Part shown: piece after piece, positions 54,867 to 64,000 of the stretch
Position numbering within the stretch: position 1 is the first letter of the stretch
How the letters are laid out: every line of letters begins with the position of its first letter
From: Mustelus asterias
Lineage: Eukaryota
NCBI RefSeq assembly: GCF_964213995.1
Contig: NW_027590164.1
Location: 186,001 to 250,000, forward strand
Length of the DNA stretch: 64,000 bases
Direction: 5' to 3'
Position numbers and translations under genes: made by a program
The notes under the pieces: generated by a model
Seen by the model: only the letters and a program-made list of their open reading frames with translations
Told to the model about the DNA's origin: nothing
Databases searched by the model: none

Positions 54867-54954
54867 GACTCTTTGTTCCAGGGGTATGATTCCTGATGTT
54901 GGTATTTGAGATCAAATGTGCACGAAATGATGAGTTCAAATCCTGCACGAGCTC
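54867..54954 (+). pseudogene. Decayed tRNA-Pro-like sequence with about 16 extra nt in the anticodon region
   Basis: GACTCTTTGTTCCAGGGGTATGATTC and GAGTTCAAATCCTGCACGAGCTC match the two ends of vertebrate tRNA-Pro; the stems no longer pair. Confidence 0.5.
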
Positions 54955-56063
54955 TGTGATGTTGTTTCCTATTGCCCTATTCGCAGGTTTTGTTCATTTC
55001 TTCCCGTTACAGACAGATTGGTTCACATGGGGCTTGGTTTGAGAATCTGAGCACAAACTGCAGGGAATCCATCAACACAACACGCTCGCTCGAAAAGCAG
55101 CTTTCAAAAGGGTTGACTTGGAAGGGGACATTCATTTTATCATCATTCACCTGTTCACGGGACCCCATGATTGCCCGTTCAGGCAGTTCAGGCAGTTGGC
55201 TGGATGTTTCTGTTTATTCATTGACGAGATGCGGGTGTCTCTGGCTCGGCCGGCATTTATTACCCATCACTAATTTCCTTGAGAAGGTGGCGGTGAGCTG
55301 CCTTCTTGAACTGCTGCAGTCTATTGGTCTAGGACATCCATAGTGCTGTTAGTGGCGGGGGGAGCGGTTATTCCATGACCTTTTCCCAATGACGGAGAAG
55401 GTTCAGCGATACATTTCCAAGTCAACATTGTGGTCGGCTTGGAGGGAATCTTCCTCCTGGTAACGGTCTTGGGTTTGGAAAGTGCTGCCTAAGGTGTATT
55501 TGGTGAGTTCCTGTACCAACCATGCAAGTGGGGTGCATTCACTTACATTCCCGATTTGTGCCTTGTGGACAGATTTTGGGGAGTCAGGTGAGTTACTCTC
55601 CGCAGGATTCCCAGCCTCTGAACTGTTCTTGTAGCCACTGCACGAACTGAGAAAGTGTGTGTTGAGTCAAAATAGGAGCATGACTTTTCCTGCTCAGTGT
55701 GCAGTGGATTCTCAGCACCTCAGTTTCATTTTCTTTCTGAATGCATATTGAGGCATATGTAAGAGCTAATGCTATATGCGTGTAAAGTATTACATTCAAG
55801 TAATATTCGAGCGTTGATTCTCTGAGGGGAATGGTTCGTGGTTTGGTCGTCTTATAGTCTTTGGACAGCAGTTTGAATTCCAACACGGCAGGTTAACTCA
55901 GCAACTCAATTCAAGGGCAATTAGAGATGATTGTAAATGAATAAAGACAATCGCAATGATGGACCATTTCCTCACAAGTAAACGCAAACGTTTTGACAAA
56001 GTTTCTGCTTGAAACTTTCGAAATATCGGGCCAATGTGCAACAACTGCAACTTCTTGACATAT

Positions 56064-56136
56064 GGGCAAGTGGCGCAATGGGTAACGCGTCTGACTACGG
56101 ATCAGAAGATTCCAGGTTCGACTCCTGGTTGGCTCG
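56064..56136 (+). tRNA. tRNA-Arg(ACG) variant
   Basis: Differs from the vertebrate consensus at 3 positions (A5:G68 mismatch, G7:U66, one D-loop change). Intact B box; TTTT terminator at 56145. Confidence 0.88.
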
Positions 56137-56844
56137 GTGCAAACTTTTAAAACATGCTCACAATTTCCATGTTACTTTCGATGAAAAATGTCTTCAATAG
56201 CTTTACACTTATTCAGATAAATGCTGACCAACACTTTTTAAGCTTCTCTGGAGAAGTTAATGTTAGGAAATTGTTTATGAACTGAAACCGACTATTTTAA
56301 GTTAAATTCTATGAAAGAAAATTCATTTAATAAGATTAGGACATTAAATAAATGCTAAACTCAAATACATTTTGGACAAAATTCAACATGTCTGAGAGAA
56401 TTTACACAATTTTGTAAACTTTGTGTCATAAAATTCAGCATTTCTGATTTTGGAGAAAGCATTTGAGGCCGAGGTCAGAGCAAAGATAATATGTCTGTAA
56501 CATCGAGATTCCGATTATATTCAGCCCCAAACTGAAATCATACAGACTTCACTCACTCTAGACATGTTTCAGATAGTGATTAACTATGTTAGTCTGCACC
56601 TATAAACCCATTAAATTGGGCAGTAGACTGGACTGCTTGCTGATATGTGCACGGTGTCAAAATAGGAACGTTTCGTTTCTGTCATTGCGTCGCAAAAATT
56701 CAGCATTTCTTATTTGACACAAAGAATTTGAGGCCGAGGCCAGAGCAAATATAAAATGGCTGCAACATCGAGATTCGGATAATGTTCAGCAACAAACTGA
56801 AATCAGACAGATTTCCCTCACCCTACACAAGAAAAATAAATTAA

Positions 56845-56917
56845 CGTTTCGGCCCAGGTTTAAACTGGGGACCTTCAGCGTGTGAGGCGAACGTGACAAT
56901 CACTGGACTCCACAAAC
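56845..56917 (-). pseudogene. tRNA-Val(CAC) pseudogene
   Basis: Reverse complement GTTTGTGGAGTCCAGTGATTGTCACGTTCGCCTCACACGCTGAAGGTCCCCAGTTTAAACCTGGGCCGAAAC; acceptor stem and A/B boxes are damaged. Confidence 0.85.
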
Positions 56918-57555
56918 AAGTGACCAACTGCCCTTTTCTCCCAATTGGCCTGACTACAACGCTCAACTCCATTGTGTTGCTGCAAGTTCGAATGGTAAGA
57001 TCGAGAGCCCATGTCACTGAAGAGAAAAACACATCCGTTACGTTCAACCTGATATCTCAATTTAATTTGTACTTTAAAATTAAAAAGCTTTCGTGTGGCA
57101 AATGTCTAATGAAGCAAAGATTTCTGCGCAATCGTTAATACTTCAATCTTATCTTCCTGCGAATAATTTCAACCAAATATACTCAGTATTTGTTTCATAG
57201 GTTTATAGATTGCCTACATGTTGAAAAGGCCATTCAGCCCAGCGAATCTGCAGCGACGGCATAGTATCGTAACCAGGCCTTTTCTCCTGTCCTATCCCCG
57301 TAACACGACTCATTTCCCATATCTAATCCATCTAACACAAGGAGCAATTTAGCATGCCCGTCCACCTAACCTGCACAGCTTCATTCAACATTTAATATCA
57401 ATCAATTTATTTAATCTGTATGTCCTGATTCTCAATTTACTATTTCTGGAACTAACGATCGGTCTCTCTGCATTGTTCAGCTCCGCTCTGTTGCTGCAGG
57501 TTCTAATGGTTAGACTGAGAGTTCATGTACCTCAATACAAGAAGACAGGCGTTAC

Positions 57556-57725
57556 ATTAAACGGTTGCCCTGTTTGTGAACCCAACTCTCCACTCACCTG
57601 ATGAAGGGGCAGCACTCCGAAAGCTCGTGCTACCAAATAAACATGTTGGACTTTACCCTGGTGTTGTGATTCTTCTTACTGTGCCCACCCCAGTCCAACG
57701 CCAGCATCTCAACATCATGGCTACT
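57556..57725 (+). mobile_element. Second copy of the hammerhead-bearing short element
   Basis: CAC-CTGATGA(57598-57604)-AGGGGCAGCACTCC-GAAA-GCTC-GTG; the remainder aligns with 6143-6267. Confidence 0.8.
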
Positions 57726-58507
57726 TTCAACCTTATATCTCAACTTCTCTAGAATTTCAAAATTGAAAAGCGTTCGTCCGGCAAATGACTAAGGGGGCAG
57801 TGATTTCTGATAAAGCATAAATGCATCCTTCTCATCTTCCGTAGAATAATTTCAACCAGTTATATCCAGTTATTCAACATTAAATATCAAGATAACACAT
57901 TCTGAATTGAATATCTCTGAAATACACAGCATTGAAACGCAAACATGACTGTCCAACAAAAGCAATCGAGTCACTGGGTAATGCACATGCCATGCTGTTT
58001 ATTTGAGATTGACCACAGTCAGCTTTTTAAAAGAAATCAGTGATCAGTAGAATAAGTAAGATGGTTTTAGAGGGATATGGGCCAAATGCTCGCAATTGGG
58101 ACTAGCCTCGCGGTTTAAACAAAAGAGCGGCATGGACAAATTGGGCCGAAGGGCCTGTTTCCATGCTGTAAACCTCTATGACTCTATGACTCTATGGTGC
58201 TATCCATTCCTCAGGAAAATGGTTTCTCGGGCGGGCTGAAGCCTGTTAATATTTTACTGCTCTTTAGTTCTATGCGTTTTGTTAACCTTTAGCTCTTGAC
58301 TGTTGTGCGGGAAAGGTTAATCCAAATTAATATAATCACCGCGATATTGAGCCAGGTCTGCACCGACAGCAGTTATTTGTTCAGTCACTTCAGTTGCAGA
58401 CGGAGATCTGTGCACCGCACAGTCAAGGAGGAGTCTGTTGGCCCATTGTGCCTGTGCCAGGACTTCGCATGGGCTATCGAAATAATTCCACATCTCTGCT
58501 CTTTACC

Positions 58508-58930
58508 AAGAGTTCTGAACGAAACCCAGTCCATCACACAAACCAGCCTCCCATCCATTGACTCTATCTACACTTCCCGCTGCCTCGGAAAAGCGACCGG
58601 CATAATCAAGGACCCCACACACACAGGACATACGCTCTTCCACCTTCTTCCGTTGGGAAAAAGAAACAGATTTCTGAGGTCACGTACCAACCTACTCAAG
58701 AATAGCTTCTCCCCTGCTGCCATTGGACTTTTAAATTGATCTACCATACATTAAGCTTTTATTTCTCTACACCCTGGTTTTAATTGTAACACTGAATCCT
58801 GCACCCTCTCCTGTCCTTCTCCCCTATGTTCTGTATGTACGGTAAGCTTTGTCTGTGTAGCATGCAAGAAACAATACCTTCCACTGTATGCCACTATATG
58901 TGACAACGATAAATCCAATCAAATCAAATT
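58508..58930 (+). mobile_element. 3' end of a Rex1/Babar-like LINE
   Basis: IIKDPTHTGHTLFHLLPLGKR..RSRTNLLKNSFSPAAIGLLN*; (AAATC)n tail. A related minus-strand tail lies at about 19265-19590. Confidence 0.7.
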
Positions 58931-59629
58931 TAATCAAACCCAAGACAATTCCTCCTTTACATCTTTGAAATATTATTCAGTTATTTCATTTGGACAAACA
59001 ATGAGAGACATAGAATCTGAAATAGAGGCATTCAGTCCAATGAGCATTTTCTTAAATTTTAAACTGTATGATGACGGATTGTGATATTAAGAACGCTGAA
59101 AATATATTGTGCTGAGCTGGTCCTCACAGTTTGTCTGATTCTAGCTGCTGCTGCAACCTTACATTCGGCTCAAACCTGCAAACCCGCCCCCATTTCATTC
59201 ATCTCATAGGTGGAATTGCCCACATTTGTTTACATTATCAAAGCGGTTCGATCTCGCTGCCTTCTATCAAACTTTATACTAACTGTGGTCAGATGTAATG
59301 GTTCTTTTAATGGGAGCCCCCAGCACTAATAGCAACACAGTACGAACTGTTTCCCTTCACTTCCCACACCTCCAAGACATAAACTGTTGACGGGACCACA
59401 TTGTGTTTAATTCCTGTTCCCGTCACGGCTCCCCGCTCTGATGTCATGAATTAGCAGAAAGGAGCTCTCAGTTGATTGGATGAATCCAGAGTAAAGCGCC
59501 CAGGAGCTTATTGGATATCACCTGATGACGCTGTCAGGAATAAATTAACTTGTAGATTGTGATATCCAATCAGCTCTTTATTCTCCATTCAGTGATCTCC
59601 GCTCTTCCGACCATAGGGTCTGCAGGGTG

Positions 59630-59654
59630 TGACGTCAGACCAGCCACAGCCAAT
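59630..59654 (+). promoter_or_regulatory. TCR V promoter: CRE TGACGTCA (59630-59637) and CCAAT
   Basis: About 90 nt 5' of the leader ATG. CRE-containing elements are typical of TCR V promoters. Confidence 0.7.
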
Positions 59655-59728
59655 GCTCTCAACTTTATCTTGTTCGATCTTTTGCAGTTTTCGGAGCCAC
59701 AGGTCCCGGCAATCCAGGAGCAGCAGCA

Positions 59729-59774
59729 ATGCGGCTCCCCTTTTTCTCTCTGATCTGGGTGACATTCATTGTTG
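59729..59774 (+). CDS. TRAV/TRDV: TCR alpha/delta V leader exon (MRLPFFSLIWVTFIV)
   Basis: Hydrophobic peptide; phase-1 donor G|GTGAGT, in frame with the exon at 60470. Confidence 0.88.
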
Positions 59775-60469
59775 GTGAGTTTAACACTTTAAAAATGAAT
59801 TATTTTCTGGAGGGATAAAGTTGAAAAGCAGGACATTCATGTTATACAGGTATTGGACCTGCCGTAGAACACAAATGAATCCTTGCGAGTGGTTTTAATC
59901 TTTTGAAAATAGATTCGAAAAGCACACTGCAACGGCGATTTCGAGAGATGGTACCAGGATTGGAAGATGAGAGCTATCAGAATGCAAGGTTATGATTAAC
60001 TTCTCCACTGACGAAAAAAACCTGACTGATTTATTTACAATTAAATAGAGGATTGGTGTGGTGGACGGGGAGAGGATGATTCCACTTGTGGAAGGATTCC
60101 AAATATATGTCTCATGATTCCAAGGAAACAAAGAGATTAACTGGGAATCGGAGAGAAACAGCTTTCGAAAGAGTTGGGTAGAATGTGGCTCATATTAACA
60201 CAATGAACACTTGAGGAGAGGAGCAAAGATTAATTTAAAGGTAAACTAAACTAAACAGCTGAGGAAGAAAGGGACAGATGCATTGAGAAGAGGCGAGAGG
60301 GAGGAATCTCCAGGGGATTGTAAACGGGAACATAGATCAGTTGGAGAGAATGTGGCATGATTCAATACATTCAATACATATTTTTATGTTACACTGTCAG
60401 TGAATTTTCTCTCTTAGTTCAATTGAACTTTGAAACAATGTTTTTTCTTTCTTTAACCGTGTGTTTCAG

Positions 60470-60773
60470 ATCTGAGCGATGGAGATTCTGTTACTCAGCG
60501 GGAATCCTCACTCACACGGACAGAGGGAGAAGATGTCACTTTAAACTGCACCTTTAACGACGGTGCTTATTATTTATTTTGGTACCGTCAATATCCAGGC
60601 AGACAGCCCGAGTTTGCAGTCCGGAGAGACAAGAACGGCGGTTTTGAATTAAAGGCGGATTTCGCTCAGACCCGGATTTCTGATTCAGTCCAGCAGTCAG
60701 ACAATTTGTACCGAGTGACTATTTCGGAGTTGCGGCTGTCTGACACTGCGGTCTATTACTGTGCACAGAGTCT
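60470..60773 (+). CDS. TRAV/TRDV: TCR alpha/delta V exon, open (missed by the ORF track)
   Basis: DLSDGDSVTQRESSLTRTEGEDVTLNCTFNDGAYYLFWYRQYPGRQPEFAVRRDKNGGFELKADFAQTRISDSVQQSDNLYRVTISELRLSDTAVYYCAQS. Confidence 0.93.
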
Positions 60774-60812
60774 CACAGTGATGAGAACGAGTGAAATCCT
60801 CGTACAAAAACT
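60774..60812 (+). promoter_or_regulatory. 23-RSS
   Basis: CACAGTG-23-ACAAAAACT. Confidence 0.95.
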
Positions 60813-62194
60813 GCCGCAGGTTTCTGAGTCACAGCTGCTGTCTGTCGAGTGTTGTTTCTAACAGCGGGTTATAAACTAACACGTCAATACATTCCTGTGA
60901 ACGCAAACCAGACCACAATTCACACAAACACCATCTAAAATCGTTCACAGATTCTGTCTGATTATTACATTCACTGTGCGAGGGAAGAATTAGCTGTTGT
61001 TTATTTGGAATCACCGGGAAATCGGCACGAACATTGAGAATTCAAAATGCTGCAGGTAGCCTTGAACTAGTTGTACCCTTGTTCTGATGTTTCAAAGAAC
61101 ACTCGGGGCAAAGAAACCAATGCTGTTCGGTTTGATATGTCAGTCAATAGTGTAAACTGATGCCCGCCTGCTGAGGCAAATCCTCATAATCACAACAGCC
61201 TGATTAAACATCTCTCAATGTTACAGTAATGAAATAAAATATCAACTGAGAATCGAAGAGAAACTTCATTGGAAAGAGTTCGGAAGAATGTGACTCATGT
61301 TAACACAATGAACACTTGACACATATTAAAACTCAGAATTCTTAACAGTAAAGGTACAAAAGTTTATTTCAATACATGCTTAGAATCCAATGAACAATGA
61401 TTAATATCTCTATTAATAATCTCGAAGAATAAGTTTGGTGTACTCTAGACACTGGAACATTTGGTAAGAAAATCGACTGAATGCAAAAATCTAATTGAGA
61501 AGAGCGTCAGAAAGTTCCTGAAGGACAACTAGGGATGGGCAATAAATAGCGGCCGAGCCAGCAAAGCCCACATGCCCGAAAGTCTTTCTTTAAAAGTCTG
61601 CTGTAATCACCAGAAGTGCTATGGGAAATCGAAACCGCGGGATAAGTCTTCATGCTCAGACAAATATTTTGTTGGGATATGGGCCAAACGCGGGCAATTG
61701 GGACTTGCATAGTGGTTAGAAAAGGGTAGCATGGACAAGTTGGGCAGAAGGGTCTGTTTCCATGCTGTAAACCTCTATGACTCTGTGACTACTTCCATAT
61801 CCGTTATTTCCCTGAATATCCACAAATCTATCAACTGCCTTCAAGAAATCAAACGACTGAACAATCATCGCTCTCTTTGACACATAGAGTGCATTAAAGC
61901 GAATGTATGGTTTTTGACTGAGATGATTTTTGAGATATGCCTCTGATGAGTTTTATTTCATGTTGTAATTATTTCATGTTGGTCATTACAGCACCAGAGT
62001 CTCCTATTCAGAGTTGCTCGTAAACGACAGAAACTACTATAAAGAGGGATTTTACATACACTGACAGACATTCAGCACAAAGAACCTGATCATTCGGTTT
62101 AATTGGTTTTAATGAGATGATTTTGTTTCTATTAACTGTTCACAATCCAGCTCAGAGATCGGATTCAGTGAGAGGAGGTGAGAATGCCTTTGCT

Positions 62195-62671
62195 GGTTTT
62201 TGTACGGACTAACTGTGTCTCTGTAACTGCGGTTCAGCGCACACTGTTACAGATACACGGCAGAGTCAGAGACACGGACCCCGGTGATATTTAATGAAGC
62301 TGTTTTCTTGTCTCTGTCCAAATTAGCAGAAAACTGGTCCGAAAAATCAGGAGACTTATCCCCCTTCCCCTGGCCGTAACTTTTCAATAAATATCTCGGA
62401 GCTTCTCCGGGATACAGGATGTACCAGAATAGAGTTTGGTCAACGTACTTAGCTTTATAACTGCAGTTCAAAATTACCGTCTGTACTTCCTGAACCGTTA
62501 ATTCAGGCGGCTCCTGGGAAACTGAAGTTTGGCCATTGGTTCCTGTAACAACATATAGACTGTGTGAGAAATCTGTGAGTGAATATAACCCATTGAACAC
62601 ACACTGAGGATTTGAGCTCAGACTCACGGGGCAGCATGTCCATTATCATCAGTAGAACACGCAGGGAACAT
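62195..62671 (-). pseudogene. TRAV/TRDV: TCR alpha/delta V pseudogene (leader 62671-62628, V exon 62542 to about 62232, damaged RSS)
   Basis: QTSVSQEPPELTVQEVQTVILNCSY..LFWY..DSAVYL*QCALN. The leader exon is 44 nt (out of phase). RSS reads CGCAGTT-21-ACAAAAACC. CRE TGACGTCA at 62826-62833. Confidence 0.9.
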
Positions 62672-63569
62672 GTGGTTCCTGAATGGACAGTAAACAGCGA
62701 CACTGTTTAAAATATGTTGTTGCTTCTAGTCTTATATCACGGAGTAAACTCAGATCAGAGGCAGCTTCAATCATTGGCAAATTGGGGGGTTTTCCCAGTG
62801 TTGCAAATGGCTGGTCGCCTTGAGATGACGTCAGCTGTGGACCAAACACTGTTAGTGGTGGACTAAACACAGCTGGCTCCCTCCAAACACATTCCATCCC
62901 GGGCTGTGTGTGTTTTTCTCACTCTCTTTCTCTCTCCATGAAAGGTGAATAACGTTATCAGTTACACTGTCTCTTTCTCGGTTAACCCTCTTTCGTTCGA
63001 ACTCAATATCCCCCTTTTTATAGATAGATTTTTCTTTCTAAATAAAGTTAAAAATGAAATAAATAATTTACCCTCATTTACTCTGTGGGTATTAATGAGT
63101 GCATCCACTGCATGAACATAATAGTAGTCACTGCTTTATTTATACCGGGGATAAGTATTCACCCAAGTCCACATTGACTTGCGTTTCCACTGGGATTACT
63201 CTTATACTGGGAAAGTACTGATTCAATCAGTCATTATTTCTGTCCAGAAACTTCAAAATGTGACAACTCTCAGTGTGCCTTTAATATTGGATCACATTTA
63301 ACAGGTTCCCCTGACAGATAGGCATCTGATGCAGAAAGATTAGAAGTATTGATTTATTAAGTTATTCACCCGAGACATCTGTGGGTTTTGTGATTGGATT
63401 TATCCAGGAGTAATCTGAGCGCCAAATGTCACATTTTCCCAACTGTGACAATCACTGACGTTAGGGAGGGAAAGCCACTCAGATGAGGCTGCATTGTCAG
63501 GTTCATTTTCTCTGAAATTCAACGCAATGTGTTTTGCGGACAAGGAACCATTGATTGTGGACCTGCGCC

Positions 63570-63608
63570 AGTTTTTGTACGAGGTCCGCGGGAGCCTCAT
63601 TTACTGTG
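63570..63608 (-). promoter_or_regulatory. 23-RSS
   Basis: Minus strand CACAGTA-23-ACAAAAACT. Confidence 0.92.
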
Positions 63609-63918
63609 GGTCTGAGTGCACAGTAATACACGGTGTTGTCTAACATCTTCAAATCTTTCATGGACAAGTGAAAAGTGTTTTGTGTCTGGCTGAGATTCCC
63701 GCTGAAATGTTTAAGGCCGGGAGCCGTATCGGTAAATCCATAACTATCGGCTCTGAGCAGATACTGAGGAGCTCGGTGTGGATACTGGCGATGCCAGAAC
63801 AGGACATAGACTGCATCTGAACTCGGTACCGAGTAACTGCAGGGTATTGCTGAATCTTCACCCTCTGCTGCTTCAACTCCTGGTTCTGACTGGGACACTG
63901 AGTCACCGTTACTCATCT
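63609..63918 (-). CDS. TRAV/TRDV: TCR alpha/delta V exon, open; leader lies beyond the window
   Basis: TTTTCAG acceptor; GDSVSQSEPGVEAAEGEDSAIPCSYS..LFWHRQYPHRAPQYLL..DNTVYYCALR. Confidence 0.92.
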
Positions 63919-64000
63919 CTGAAAATAGACAACAGACACGCAGCGGGTTAGAAGGAGTAACAACAACGGAATAATCGCCGAGAAATGGAAATGGGCAATT

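Overview
Eukaryotic genomic DNA from a cartilaginous fish (shark-type CR1 LINEs and V-SINEs, cluster-type Ig organisation; the species cannot be determined). The core is one complete, apparently intact germline IgM heavy-chain cluster on the + strand: leader-VH(23RSS)-D1(12/22)-D2(12/12)-JH(23)-Cmu1-4 with secretory tail-TM1-TM2, at 31996-52514. All splice sites and frames check by hand. About 7 kb downstream, past a small tRNA island (Arg-ACG plus decayed Val and Pro copies), an array of TCR alpha/delta-type V genes begins in mixed orientation: one intact on +, one pseudogene on -, and one open V exon on -. Upstream is an old ~12-13 kb tandem duplication whose first copy ends in a VH pseudogene. 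The most notable observations are (1) a full IgM cluster abutting TCR V genes with RSS geometry that permits cis Ig/TCR chimeric joins in both directions, (2) a G-rich, AGCT/GGGG switch-region-like repeat just 5' of Cmu1, and (3) two short insertions carrying a minimal hammerhead ribozyme core. The rest is LINE/SINE debris, simple repeats and one N gap. All alignments were made by eye and repeat boundaries are approximate.
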